Shown piece by piece: positions 7,018 through 22,000 of a stretch of 64,000 nt of DNA. Numbering within the stretch: the first letter of the stretch is position 1; every line of letters starts with the position of its first letter. The position numbers were made by a program, and so were the translations under genes. The notes below the pieces were generated by a model. That model was not told where the DNA came from. It ran no database searches and saw nothing but the letters and a program-made list of their open reading frames with translations. Source of the stretch: Isurus oxyrinchus (taxonomy: Eukaryota); contig JANJGN010002079.1 in the NCBI GenBank assembly GCA_026770705.1, forward strand, positions 1 to 64,000, read 5' to 3'.

Positions 7018-10000
7018 GTGATATCTGTACACTGACTGGTGTCTCTCAGTCTCTGTCTCTCTCAGGGAGATATCTGTACACTGACTGGTGTATCTCAGTC
7101 CCCTCTCTCTCTCAGGGAGATATCTGTACACTGACTGGTGTCTCTCAGTCTCTGTCTCTCTCAGGGAGATATCTGTACACTGACTGGTGTATCTCAGTCC
7201 CCTCTCTCTCAGGGAGATATCTGTACACTGACTGGTGTCTCTCAGTCCCCTCTCTCTCAGGGAGATATCTGTACACTGACTGGTGTCTCTCAGTCCCTCT
7301 CTCTCAGGGAGATATCTGTACATCGACTGGTGTCTCTAAGTCTACTCCCTCTCTCTCTCAGGGAGATATCTGTACACTGACTGGTATCTCTCAGTCCCCT
7401 CTCTCTCAGGGAGATATCTGTACACTGACTGGTGTCTCTCAGACCCTCTCTCTCTCAGGGAGATATCTGTGCACTGACTGGTGTCTCTCAGTTCCCTCTC
7501 TCTCAGGGATGTATCTGTACACTGACTGGTGTCTCTCAGTCCGCTCTCTCTCAGGGATGTATCTGTACACTGACTGGTGTCTCTCAGTCCCTCTCTCCCT
7601 CAGGGAGATATGTGTACACTGACTGGTGTCTCTCAGTCCCCTCTCTCTCAGGGATGTATCTGTACACTGACTGGTGTCTCTCAGTCCCCTCTCTCTCAGG
7701 GAGATATCTGTACACTGACTGGTGTCTCTCAGTCCCCTCTCTCTCTCTCAGGGAGATATCTGTACACTAACTGGTGTCTCTCAGTCCCTCTCTCTCTCAG
7801 GGAGATATCTGTACACTGACTGGTGTCTCTCAGTCTCTCTCTCTCTCTCAGGGAAATATCTGTACACTGACTGGTGTCTCTCAGTCCCTCTCTCTCAGGG
7901 TGAAATCTGTAGACTGACTGGTGTCTCTCAGTCCCCTCTCTCTCTGGGAGTTATCTGTACACTGACTGGTGTCTCTCAGTCCCTCTCTCTCAGGGAGATA
8001 TCTGTACACTGACTGGTGTCTCTACGTCTACTCTCTCTCTCTCTCTCAGGGAGATATCTGTACACTGACTGGTGTCTCTCAGTCCCTCTCTCTCAGGGAG
8101 ATATCTGTACACTGACTAGTGTCCCTCAGTCCCCCCTCTCTCTCAGGGAGATATCTGTACACTGACTGGTGTCTCTCAGTCCCCTCTCTCTCAGGGAGAT
8201 ATCTGTACACTGACTGGTGTATCTCAGTCCCTCTCTCTCAGGGAGATATCTGTACACTGACTGGTGTCTCTCAGTCTCCTCTCTCTCAGGGAGAGATCTG
8301 TACACTGACTGGTGTCTCTCAGTCCCCTCTCTCTCAGGGAGATATCTGTACACTGACTGGTGTCTCTCAGTCCCTCTCTCTCAGGGAGATATCTGTACAC
8401 TGACTGGTGTCCCTCAGTCCCTCTCTCTCTCTCAGGGAGATATCTGTACACTGACTGGTGTATCTCAGTCCCTCTATCTCAGGGAGATATCTGTACACTG
8501 ACTGGTGTCTCTCAGTCCCTCTCTCTCTCTCAGGGAGATATCTGTACACTGACTGGTGTATCTCAGTCCCTCTCTCTCAGGGAGATATCTGTACACTGAC
8601 TGGTGTCTCTCAGTCCCTCTCTCTCTCTCAGGGAGATATCTGTACACTGACTGGTGTATCTCAGTCCCTCTCTCTCAGGGAGATATCTGTACACTGACTG
8701 GTGTCTCTAAGTCTACTCTCTCTCTCTCTCAGGGAGATATCTGTACACTGACTCGTGTCTCTCAGTCCCTCTCTCTCTCAGGGAGAAATCTGCACACTGA
8801 CTGTTGTCTCTCAGTCCCTCTCTCTCAGGGAGATATCTGTACACTGACTGGTGTCTCTCAGTCCCTCTCTCTCTCAGGGAGATATCTGTACACTTACTGG
8901 TGTCTCTCAGTCTCTCTCTCTCTCAGGGAGATATCTGTACACTGACTGGTGTCTCTCAGTCCCCCTCTCTCAGTGTGATATCTGTACACTGACTCGTGTC
9001 TCTCAGTCCCTCTCTCTCTCAGGGAGAAATCTGCACACTGACTGGTGTCTCTCAGTCCCTCTCTCTCAGGGAGATATCTGTACACTGACTCGTGTCTCTC
9101 AGTCCCCTCTCTCTCAGTGAGATATCTGTACACTGACTGGTGTCTCTCAGTCCCTCTCTCTCTCAGGGATGTATCTGTACACTGACTGGTGTCTCTCAGT
9201 CCCCTCTCTCTCAGGGAGATATCTGCACACTGACTGGTGTCTCTCAGTCCCTCTCTCTCAGGGAGATATCTGTACACTGACTGATGTCTCTTAGTCCCTC
9301 TCTCTCTCTCAGGGAGATATCTGTACACTAACTGGTGTATCTCAGTCCCTCTATCTCAGGGAGATATCTGTACACTGACTGGTGTCTCTACGTCTACTCT
9401 CTCTCTCTCTCAGGGAGATATCTGTACACTGACTGGTGTCTCTCAGTCCCTCTCTCTCAGGGAGATATCTGTACACTGACTGGTGTCCCTCAGTCCCCCC
9501 TCTCTCTCAGGGAGATATCTGTACACTGACTGGTGTCTCTCAGTCCCCTCTCTCTCAGGGAGATATCTGTACACTGACTGGTGTCTCTCAGTCCCTCTCT
9601 CTCTCAGGGAGATATCTGTACACTGACTGGTGTCTCTCAGTCCCCTCTCTCTCTCTCAGGGAGATATCTGTACACTGACTGGTGTGTCTCAGTCTCCTCT
9701 CTCTCAGGGAAATATCTGTACACTGACTGGTGTCTCTCAGTCCCTCTCTCTCAGGGAGATATCTGTACACTGACTGGTGTCTCTCAGTCTCTCTCTCTCT
9801 CAGGGAGATATCTGTACACTGACTGGTGTCTCTCAGTCCCTCTCTCTCTCAGGGAGATATCTGTACACTAACTGGTTTCTCTCAGACCCCTCTCTCTCTC
9901 AGGGAGATATCTGTACACTGACTCGTGTCTCTCAGTCCCCTCTCTCTCAGGTAGATATCTGTACACTGACTGGTGTCTCTCAGTCTCTCTCTCTCTCTCA

Positions 10001-13000
10001 GGGAGATATCTGTACACTGACTGGTGTCTCTCAGTCCCTCTCTCTCAGGGAGATATCTGTACACTGACTCGTGTCTCTCAGTCCCCTCTCTCTCAGTGAG
10101 ATATCTGTACACTGACTGGTGTCTCTCAGTCCCTCTCTCTCTCAGGGATGTATCTGTACACTGACTGGTGTCTCTCAGTCCCCTCTCTCTCAGGGAGATA
10201 TCTGCACACTGACTGGTGTCTCTCAGTCCCTCTCTCTCAGGGAGATATCTGTACACTGACTGATGTCTCTTAGTCCCTCTCTCTCTCTCAGGGAGATATC
10301 TGTACACTAACTGGTGTATCTCAGTCCCTCTATCTCAGGGAGATATCTGTACACTGACTGGTGTCTCTACGTCTACTCTCTCTCTCTCTCAGGGAGATAT
10401 CTGTACACTGACTGGTGTCTCTCAGTCCCTCTCTCTCAGGGAGATATCTGTACACTGACTGGTGTCCCTCAGTCCCCCCTCTCTCTCAGGGAGATATCTG
10501 TACACTGACTGGTGTCTCTCAGTCCCCTCTCTCTCAGGGAGATATCTGTACACTGACTGGTGTCTCTCAGTCCCTCTCTCTCTCAGGGAGATATCTGTAC
10601 ACTGACTGGTGTCTCTCAGTCCCCTCTCTCTCTCTCAGGGAGATATCTGTACACTGACTGGTGTGTCTCAGTCTCCTCTCTCTCAGGGAAATATCTGTAC
10701 ACTGACTGGTGTCTCTCAGTCCCTCTCTCTCAGGGAGATATCTGTACACTGACTGGTGTCTCTCAGTCTCTCTCTCTCTCAGGGAGATATCTGTACACTG
10801 ACTGGTGTCTCTCAGTCCCTCTCTCTCTCAGGGAGATATCTGTACACTAACTGGTTTCTCTCAGACCCCTCTCTCTCTCAGGGAGATATCTGTACACTGA
10901 CTCGTGTCTCTCAGTCCCCTCTCTCTCAGGTAGATATCTGTACACTGACTGGTGTCTCTCAGTCTCTCTCTCTCTCTCAGGGAGATATCTGTACACTGAC
11001 TGGTGTCTCTCAGTCCCTCTCTCTCAGGGAGATATCTGTACACTGACTGGTGTCTCTACGTCTACTCTCTCTCTCTCTCAGGGAGATATCTGTACACTGA
11101 CTGGTGTCTCTCAGTCCCTCTCTCTCAGGGAGATATCTGTACACTGACTAGTGTCCCTCAGTCCCCCCTCTCTCTCAGGGAGATATCTGTACACTGACTG
11201 GTGTCTCTCAGTCCCCTCTCTCTCAGGGAGCTATCTGTACACTGACTGGTGTCTCTTAGTCCCTCTCTCTCTCAGGGAGATATCTGTACAATGACTGGTG
11301 TCTCTCAGTCCCCTCTCTCTCTCTCAGGGAGATATCTGTACTCTGACTGGTGTCTCTCAGTCCCCTCTCTCTCTCAGGGAGATATCTGTACACTGACTCG
11401 TGTCTCTCAGTCCCTCTCTCTCTCAGGGAGAAATCTGCACACTGACTGTTGTCTCTCAGTCCCTCTCTCTCAGGGAGATATCTGTACACTGACTGGTGTC
11501 TCTCAGTCCCTCTCTCTCTCAGGGAGATATCTGTACACTTACTGGTGTCTCTCAGTCTCTCTCTCTCTCAGGGAGATATCTGTACACTGACTGGTGTCTC
11601 TCAGTCCCCCTCTCTCAGTGTGATATCTGTACACTGACTCGTGTCTCTCAGTCCCTCTCTCTCTCAGGGAGAAATCTGCACACTGACTGGTGTCTCTCAG
11701 TCCCTCTCTCTCAGGGAGATATCTGTACACTGACTCGTGTCTCTCAGTCCCCTCTCTCTCAGTGAGATATCTGTACACTGACTGGTGTCTCTCAGTCCCT
11801 CTCTCTCTCAGGGATGTATCTGTACACTGACTGGTGTCTCTCAGTCCCCTCTCTCTCAGGGAGATATCTGCACACTGACTGGTGTCTCTCAGTCCCTCTC
11901 TCTCAGGGAGATATCTGTACACTGACTGATGTCTCTTAGTCCCTCTCTCTCTCTCAGGGAGATATCTGTACACTAACTGGTGTATCTCAGTCCCTCTATC
12001 TCAGGGAGATATCTGTACACTGACTGGTGTCTCTACGTCTACTCTCTCTCTCTCTCAGGGAGATATCTGTACACTGACTGGTGTCTCTCAGTCCCTCTCT
12101 CTCAGGGAGATATCTGTACACTGACTGGTGTCCCTCAGTCCCCCCTCTCTCTCAGGGAGATATCTGTACACTGACTGGTGTCTCTCAGTCCCCTCTCTCT
12201 CAGGGAGATATCTGTACACTGACTGGTGTCTCTCAGTCCCTCTCTCTCTCAGGGAGATATCTGTACACTGACTGGTGTCTCTCAGTCCCCTCTCTCTCTC
12301 TCAGGGAGATATCTGTACACTGACTGGTGTGTCTCAGTCTCCTCTCTCTCAGGGAAATATCTGTACACTGACTGGTGTCTCTCAGTCCCTCTCTCTCAGG
12401 GAGATATCTGTACACTGACTGGTGTCTCTCAGTCTCTCTCTCTCTCAGGGAGATATCTGTACACTGACTGGTGTCTCTCAGTCCCTCTCTCTCTCAGGGA
12501 GATATCTGTACACTAACTGGTTTCTCTCAGACCCCTCTCTCTCTCAGGGAGATATCTGTACACTGACTCGTGTCTCTCAGTCCCCTCTCTCTCAGGTAGA
12601 TATCTGTACACTGACTGGTGTCTCTCAGTCTCTCTCTCTCTCTCAGGGAGATATCTGTACACTGACTGGTGTCTCTCAGTCCCTCTCTCTCAGGGAGATA
12701 TCTGTACACTGACTCGTGTCTCTCAGTCCCCTCTCTCTCAGTGAGATATCTGTACACTGACTGGTGTCTCTCAGTCCCTCTCTCTCTCAGGGATGTATCT
12801 GTACACTGACTGGTGTCTCTCAGTCCCCTCTCTCTCAGGGAGATATCTGCACACTGACTGGTGTCTCTCAGTCCCTCTCTCTCAGGGAGATATCTGTACA
12901 CTGACTGATGTCTCTTAGTCCCTCTCTCTCTCTCAGGGAGATATCTGTACACTAACTGGTGTATCTCAGTCCCTCTATCTCAGGGAGATATCTGTACACT

Positions 13001-16000
13001 GACTGGTGTCTCTACGTCTACTCTCTCTCTCTCTCAGGGAGATATCTGTACACTGACTGGTGTCTCTCAGTCCCTCTCTCTCAGGGAGATATCTGTACAC
13101 TGACTGGTGTCCCTCAGTCCCCCCTCTCTCTCAGGGAGATATCTGTACACTGACTGGTGTCTCTCAGTCCCCTCTCTCTCAGGGAGATATCTGTACACTG
13201 ACTGGTGTCTCTCAGTCCCTCTCTCTCTCAGGGAGATATCTGTACACTGACTGGTGTCTCTCAGTCCCCTCTCTCTCTCTCAGGGAGATATCTGTACACT
13301 GACTGGTGTGTCTCAGTCTCCTCTCTCTCAGGGAAATATCTGTACACTGACTGGTGTCTCTCAGTCCCTCTCTCTCAGGGAGATATCTGTACACTGACTG
13401 GTGTCTCTCAGTCTCTCTCTCTCTCAGGGAGATATCTGTACACTGACTGGTGTCTCTCAGTCCCTCTCTCTCTCAGGGAGATATCTGTACACTAACTGGT
13501 TTCTCTCAGACCCCTCTCTCTCTCAGGGAGATATCTGTACACTGACTCGTGTCTCTCAGTCCCCTCTCTCTCAGGTAGATATCTGTACACTGACTGGTGT
13601 CTCTCAGTCTCTCTCTCTCTCTCAGGGAGATATCTGTACACTGACTGGTGTCTCTCAGTCCCTCTCTCTCAGGGAGATATCTGTACACTGACTGGTGTCT
13701 CTACGTCTACTCTCTCTCTCTCTCAGGGAGATATCTGTACACTGACTGGTGTCTCTCAGTCCCTCTCTCTCAGGGAGATATCTGTACACTGACTAGTGTC
13801 CCTCAGTCCCCCCTCTCTCTCAGGGAGATATCTGTACACTGACTGGTGTCTCTCAGTCCCCTCTCTCTCAGGGAGCTATCTGTACACTGACTGGTGTCTC
13901 TTAGTCCCTCTCTCTCTCAGGGAGATATCTGTACAATGACTGGTGTCTCTCAGTCCCCTCTCTCTCTCTCAGGGAGATATCTGTACTCTGACTGGTGTCT
14001 CTCAGTCCCCTCTCTCTCTCAGGGAGATATCTGTACGCTGACTGGTGTCTCTCAGTCGCTCTCTCTCTCAGGGAGATATCTGTACACTGACTGGTGTCTC
14101 TCAGTCCCTCTCTCTCAGCGAGATATCTGTACACTGACTGGTGTCTCTCAGTCTCTCTCTCTCTCAGGGAGATATCTGTACACTGACTGGTGCCTCTCAG
14201 TCCCCTCTCTCTCAGGGAGATATCTGTGCACTGACGGGTGTCTCTCAGTCCCCTCTCTCTCAGGGAGATATCTGTACACTGACTGGTGTCTCTCAGTCCC
14301 TCTCTCTCTCAGGGAGATATCTGTACACTGACTGGTGTCTCTCAGTCCCCTCTCTCTCTCAGGGAGATATCTGTACACTGACTGGTGTGTCTCAGTCTCC
14401 TCTCTCTCAGGGAGAGATCTGTACACTGACTGGTGTCTCTCAGTCCCCTCTCTCTCAGGGAGATATCTGTACACTGACTGGTGTCTCTCAGTCCCTCTCT
14501 CTCAGGGAGATATCTGTACACTGACTGGTGTCCCTCAGTCCCTCTCTCTCTCTCAGGGAGATATCTGTACACTGACTGGTGTATCTCAGTCCCTCTATCT
14601 CAGGGAGATATCTGTACACTGACTGGTGTCTCTCATTCCCTCTCTCTCTCTCAGGGAGATATCTGTACACTGACTGGTGTATCTCAGTCCCTCTCTCTCA
14701 GGGAAATATCTGTACACTGACTGGTGTCTCTCAGTCTCCTCTCTCTCAGGGAGAGATCTGTACACTGACTGGTGTCTCTCAGTCCCCTCTCTCTCAGGGA
14801 GATATCTGTACACTGACTGGTGTCTCTCAGTCCCTCTCTCTCAGGGAGATATCTGTACACTGACTGGTGTCCCTCAGTCCCTCTCTCTCTCTCAGGGAGA
14901 TATCTGTACACTGACTGGTCTATCTCAGTCCCTCTCTCTCAGGGAGATATCTGTACACTGACTGGTGTCTCTCAGTCCCTCTCTCTCAGGGAGATATCTG
15001 TACACTGACTAGTGTCCCTCAGTCCCCCCTCTCTCTCAGGGAGATATCTGTACACTGACTGGTGTCTCTCAGTCCCCTCTCTCTCAGGGAGCTATCTGTA
15101 CACTGACTGGTGTCTCTTAGTCCCTCTCTCTCTCAGGGAGATATCTGTACAATGACTGGTGTCTCTCAGTCCCCTCTCTCTCTCTCAGGGAGATATCTGT
15201 ACTCTGACTGGTGTCTCTCAGTCCCCTCTCTCTCTCAGGGAGATATCTGTACGCTGACTGGTGTCTCTCAGTCGCTCTCTCTCTCAGGGAGATATCTGTA
15301 CACTGACTGGTGTCTCTCAGTCCCTCTCTCTCAGCGAGATATCTGTACACTGACTGGTGTCTCTCAGTCTCTCTCTCTCTCAGGGAGATATCTGTACACT
15401 GACTGGTGCCTCTCAGTCCCCTCTCTCTCAGGGAGATATCTGTGCACTGACGGGTGTCTCTCAGTCCCCTCTCTCTCAGGGAGATATCTGTACACTGACT
15501 GGTGTCTCTCAGTCCCTCTCTCTCTCAGGGAGATATCTGTACACTGACTGGTGTCTCTCAGTCCCCTCTCTCTCTCAGGGAGATATCTGTACACTGACTG
15601 GTGTGTCTCAGTCTCCTCTCTCTCAGGGAGAGATCTGTACACTGACTGGTGTCTCTCAGTCCCCTCTCTCTCAGGGAGATATCTGTACACTGACTGGTGT
15701 CTCTCAGTCCCTCTCTCTCAGGGAGATATCTGTACACTGACTGGTGTCCCTCAGTCCCTCTCTCTCTCTCAGGGAGATATCTGTACACTGACTGGTGTAT
15801 CTCAGTCCCTCTATCTCAGGGAGATATCTGTACACTGACTGGTGTCTCTCATTCCCTCTCTCTCTCTCAGGGAGATATCTGTACACTGACTGGTGTATCT
15901 CAGTCCCTCTCTCTCAGGGAAATATCTGTACACTGACTGGTGTCTCTCAGTCTCCTCTCTCTCAGGGAGAGATCTGTACACTGACTGGTGTCTCTCAGTC

Positions 16001-19000
16001 CCCTCTCTCTCAGGGAGATATCTGTACACTGACTGGTGTCTCTCAGTCCCTCTCTCTCAGGGAGATATCTGTACACTGACTGGTGTCCCTCAGTCCCTCT
16101 CTCTCTCTCAGGGAGATATCTGTACACTGACTGGTCTATCTCAGTCCCTCTCTCTCAGGGAGATATCTGTACACTGACTGGTGTCTCTCAGTCCCTCTCT
16201 CTCTCTCAGGGAGATATCTGTACACTGACTGGTGTATCTCAGTCCCTCTGTCTCAGGGAGATATCTGTACACTGACTGGTGTCTCTCAGTCCCTCTCTCT
16301 CTCTCAGGGAGATATCTGTACACTGACTGGTGTATCTCAGTCCCTCTCTCTCAGGGAGATATCTGTACACTGACTGGTGTCTCTAAGTCTACTCTCTCTC
16401 TCTCTCAGGGAGATATCTGTACACTGACTCGTGTCTCTCAGTCCCTCTCTCTCTCAGGGAGAAATCTGCACACTGACTGTTGTCTCTCAGTCCCTCTCTC
16501 TCAGGGAGATATCTGTACACTGACTGGTGTCTCTCAGTCCCTCTCTCTCTCAGGGAGATATCTGTACACTGACTGGTGTCTCTCAGTCCCTCTCTCTCTC
16601 AGGGAGATATCTGTACACTGACTGGTGTCTCTCAGTCCCCCTCTCACAGTGAGATATCTGTACACTGACTCGTGTCTCTCAGTCCCTCTCTCTCTCAGGG
16701 AGAAATCTGCACACTGACTGGTGTCTCTCAGTCCCTCTCTCTCAGGGAGATATCTGTACACTGACTGGTGTCTCTCAGTCCCCTCTCTCTCAGTGAGATT
16801 TCTGTACACTGTCTGGTGTCTCTCAGTCCCTCTCTCTCTCAGGGACGTATCTGTACACTGACTGGTGTCTCTCAGTCCCCTCTCTCTCAGGGAGATATCT
16901 GCACACTGACTGGTGTCTCTCAGTCCCTCTCTCTCAGGGAGATATCTGTACACTGACTGATGTCTCTCAGTCCCTCTCTCTCTCTCAGGGAGATATCTGT
17001 ACACTGACTGGTGTATCTCAGTCCCTCTATCTCAGGGAGATATCTGTACACTGACTGGTGTCTCTCAGTCCCTCTCTCTCTCAGGGAGATATCTGTACAC
17101 TGACTGGTGTCTCTCAGTCCCTCTCTCTCAGGGAGATATCTGTACACTGACTGGTGTCCCTCAGTCCCCCCTCTCTCTCAGGGAGATATCTGTACACTGA
17201 CTGGTGTCTCTCAGTCCCCTCTCTCTCAGGGAGATATCTGTACACTGACTGGTGTCTCTCAGTCCCTCTCTCTCTCAGGGAGATATCTGTACACTGACTG
17301 GTGTCTCTCAGTCCCCTCTCTCTCTCTCAGGGAGATATCTGTACACTGACTCGTGTCTCTCAGTCCCTCTCTCTCTCAGGGAAATATCTGTACACTGACT
17401 GGTGTCTCTCAGTCCCTCTCTCTCAGGGAGATATCTGTACACTGACTGGTGTCTCTCAGTCTCTCTCTCTCTCAGGGAGATATCTGTACACTGACTGGTG
17501 TCTCTCAGTCCCTCTCTCTCTCAGGGAGATAGCTGTACACTAACTGGTTTCTCTCAGACCCCTCTCTCTCTCAGGGAGATATCTGTACACTGACTCGTGT
17601 CTCTCAGTCCCCTCTCTCTCAGGTAGATATCTGTACACTGACTGGTGTCTCTCAGTCTCTCTCTCTCTCTCAGGGAGATATCTGTACACTGACTGGTGTC
17701 TCTCAGTCCCTCTCTCTCAGGGAGATATCTGTACACTGACTGGTGTCTCTACGTCTACTCTCTCTCTCTCTCAGGGAGATATCTGTACACTGACTGGTGT
17801 CTCTCAGTCCCTCTCTCTCAGGGAGATATCTGTACACTGACTAGTGTCCCTCAGTCCCCCCTCACTCTCAGGGAGATATCTGTACACTGACTGGTGTCTC
17901 TCAGTCCCCTCTCTCTCAGGGAGATATCTGTACACTGACTGGTGTCTCTCAGTCCCTCTCTCTCTCAGGGAGATATCTGTACACAGACTGGTGTCTCTCA
18001 GTCCCCTCTCTCTCTCTCAGGGAGATATCTGTACTCTGACTGGTGTCTCTCAGTCGCTCTCTCTCTCAGGGAGATATCTGTACACTGACTGGTGTCTCTC
18101 AGTCCCTCTCTCTCAGCGAGATATCTGTACACTGACTGGTGTCTCTCAGTCTCTCTCTCTCTCAGGGAGATATCTGTACACTGACTGGTGCCTCTCAGTC
18201 CCCTCTCTCTCAGGGAGATATCTGTGCACTGACGGGTGTCTCTCAGTCCCCTCTCTCTCAGGGAGATATCTGTACACTGACTGGTGTCTCTCAGTCCCTC
18301 TCTCTCTCAGGGAGATATCTGTACACTGACTGGAGTCTCTCAATCCCCTCTCTCTCTCAGGGAGATATCTGTACACTGACTGGTGTGTCTCAGTCTCCTC
18401 TCTCTCAGGGAGAGATCTGTACACTGACTGGTGTCTCTCAGTCCCCTCTCTCTCAGGGAGATATCTGTACACTGACTGGTGTCTCTCAGTCCCTCTCTCT
18501 CAGGGAGATATCTGTACACTGACTGGTGTCCCTCAGTCCCTCTCTCTCTCTCAGGGAGATATCTGTACACTGACTGGTGTATCTCAGTCCCTCTATCTCA
18601 GGGAGATATCTGTACACTGACTGGTGTCTCTCATTCCCTCTCTCTCTCTCAGGGAGATATCTGTACACTGACTGGTGTATCTCATTCCCTCTCTCTCAGG
18701 GAAATATCTGTACACTGACTGGTGTCTCTCAGTCTCCTCTCTCTCAGGGAGAGATCTGTACACTGACTGGTGTCTCTCAGTCCCCTCTCTCTCAGGGAGA
18801 TATCTGTACACTGACTGGTGTCTCTCAGTCCCTCTCTCTCTCTCAGGGAGATATCTGTACACTGACTGGTGTATCTCAGTCCCTCTGTCTCAGGGAGATA
18901 TCTGTACACTGACTGGTGTCTCTCAGTCCCTCTCTCTCTCTCAGGGAGATATCTGTACACTGACTGGTGTATCTCAGTCCCTCTCTCTCAGGGAGATATC

Positions 19001-22000
19001 TGTACACTGACTGGTGTCTCTAAGTCTACTCTCTCTCTCTCTCAGGGAGATATCTGTACACTGACTCGTGTCTCTCAGTCCCTCTCTCTCTCAGGGAGAA
19101 ATCTGCACACTGACTGTTGTCTCTCAGTCCCTCTCTCTCAGGGAGATATCTGTACACTGACTGGTGTCTCTCAGACCCTCTCTCTCTCAGGGAGATATCT
19201 GTACACTGACTGGTGTCTCTCAGTCCCTCTCTCTCTCAGGGAGATATCTGTACACTGACTGGTGTCTCTCAGTCCCCCTCTCACAGTGAGATATCTGTAC
19301 ACTGACTCGTGTCTCTCAGTCCCTCTCTCTCTCAGGGAGAAATCTGCACACTGACTGGTGTCTCTCAGTCCCTCTCTCTCAGGGAGATATCTGTACACTG
19401 ACTGGTGTCTCTCAGTCCCCTCTCTCTCAGTGAGATTTCTGTACACTGTCTGGTGTCTCTCAGTCCCTCTCTCTCTCAGGGACGTATCTGTACACTGACT
19501 GGTGTCTCTCAGTCCCCTCTCTCTCAGGGAGATATCTGCACACTGACTGGTGTCTCTCAGTCCCTCTCTCTCAGGGAGATATCTGTACACTGACTGATGT
19601 CTCTCAGTCCCACTCTCTCTCTCAGGGAGATATCTGTACACTGACTGGTGTATCTCAGTCCCTCTATCTCAGGGAGATATCTGTACACTGACTGGTGTCT
19701 CTCAGTCCCTCTCTCTCTCAGGGAGATATCTGTACACTGACTGGTGTCTCTCAGTCCCTCTCTCTCAGGGAGATATCTGTACACTGACTGGTGTCCCTCA
19801 GTCCCCCCTCTCTCTCAGGGAGATATCTGTACACTGACTGGTGTCTCTCAGTCCCCTCTCTCTCAGGGAGATATCTGTACACTGACTGGTGTCTCTCAGT
19901 CCCTCTCTCTCTCAGGGAGATATCTGTACACTGACTGGTGTCTCTCAGTCCCCTCTCTCTCTCTCAGGGAGATATCTGTACACTGACTCGTGTCTCTCAG
20001 TCCCTCTCTCTCTCAGGGAAATATCTGTACACTGACTGGTGTCTCTCAGTCCCTCTCTCTCAGGGAGATATCTGTACACTGACTGGTGTCTCTCAGTCTC
20101 TCTCTCTCTCAGGGAGATATCTGTACACTGACTGGTGTCTCTCAGTCCCTCTCTCTCTCAGGGAGATAGCTGTACACTAACTGGTTTCTCTCAGACCCCT
20201 CTCTCTCTCAGGGAGATATCTGTACACTGACTCGTGTCTCTCAGTCCCCTCTCTCTCAGGTAGATATCTGTACACTGACTGGTGTCTCTCAGTCTCTCTC
20301 TCTCTCTCAGGGAGATATCTGTACACTGACTGGTGTCTCTCAGTCCCTCTCTCTCAGGGAGATATCTGTACACTGACTGGTGTCTCTACGTCTACTCTCT
20401 CTCTCTCTCAGGGAGATATCTGTACACTGACTGGTGTCTCTCAGTCCCTCTCTCTCAGGGAGATATCTGTACACTGACTAGTGTCCCTCAGTCCCCCCTC
20501 ACTCTCAGGGAGATATCTGTACACTGACTGGTGTCTCTCAGTCCCCTCTCTCTCAGGGAGATATCTGTACACTGACTGGTGTCTCTCAGTCCCTCTCTCT
20601 CTCAGGGAGATATCTGTACACAGACTGGTGTCTCTCAGTCCCCTCTCTCTCTCTCAGGGAGATATCTGTACTCTGACTGGTGTCTCTCAGTCCCCTCTCT
20701 CTCTCAGGGAGATATCTGTACGCTGACTGGTGTCTCTCAGTCGCTCTCTCTCTCAGGGAGATATCTGTACACTGACTGGTGTCTCTCAGTCCCTCTCTCT
20801 CAGCGAGATATCTGTACACTGACTGGTGTCTCTCAGTCTCTCTCTCTCTCAGGGAGATATCTGTACACTGACTGGTGCCTCTCAGTCCCCTCTCTCTCAG
20901 GGAGATATCTGTGCACTGACGGGTGTCTCTCAGTCCCCTCTCTCTCAGGGAGATATCTGTACACTGACTGGTGTCTCTCAGTCCCTCTCTCTCTCAGGGA
21001 GATATCTGTACACTGACTGGAGTCTCTCAATCCCCTCTCTCTCTCAGGGAGATATCTGTACACTGACTGGTGTGTCTCAGTCTCCTCTCTCTCAGGGAGA
21101 GATCTGTACACTGACTGGTGTCTCTCAGTCCCCTCTCTCTCAGGGAGATATCTGTACACTGACTGGTGTCTCTCAGTCCCTCTCTCTCAGGGAGATATCT
21201 GTACACTGACTGGTGTCCCTCAGTCCCTCTCTCTCTCTCAGGGAGATATCTGTACACTGACTGGTGTATCTCAGTCCCTCTATCTCAGGGAGATATCTGT
21301 ACACTGACTGGTGTCTCTCATTCCCTCTCTCTCTCTCAGGGAGATATCTGTACACTGACTGGTGTATCTCATTCCCTCTCTCTCAGGGAAATATCTGTAC
21401 ACTGACTGGTGTCTCTCAGTCTCCTCTCTCTCAGGGAGAGATCTGTACACTGACTGGTGTCTCTCAGTCCCCTCTCTCTCAGGGAGATATCTGTACACTG
21501 ACTGGTGTCTCTCAGTCCCTCTCTCTCAGGGAGATATCTGTACACTGACTGGTGTCCCTCAGTCCCTCTCTCTCTCTCAGGGAGATATCTGTACACTGAC
21601 TGGTCTATCTCAGTCCCTCTCTGTACACTGACTGGTGTCTCTCAGTCCCTCTCTCTCTCTCAGGGAGATATCTGTACACTGACTGGTGTATCTCAGTCCC
21701 TCTCTCTCAGGGAGATATCTGTACACTGACTGGTGTCTCTCAGTCCCTCTCTCTCTCTCAGGGAGATATCTGTACACTGACTGGTGTATCTCAGTCCCTC
21801 TCTCTCAGGGAGATATCTGTACACTGACTGGTGTCTCTAAGTCTACTCTCTCTCTCTCTCAGGGAGATATCTGTACACTGACTCGTGTGTCTCAGTCCCT
21901 CTCTCTCTCAGGGAGAAATCTGCACACTGACTGTTGTCTCTCAGTCCCTCTCTCTCAGGGAGATATCGGTACACTGACTGGTGTCTCTCAGTCCCTCTCT

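Noticed and set aside
3563-7021. 1152-aa and 574-aa Ser/Pro/Leu-rich + strand ORFs resembling mucin or extensin
   Set aside because: The A/B monomers have almost no stop codons on +, so long frames stay open automatically. Units of 13 and 18 bp cycle through frames, and the ORF is antisense to the real IgC exon.
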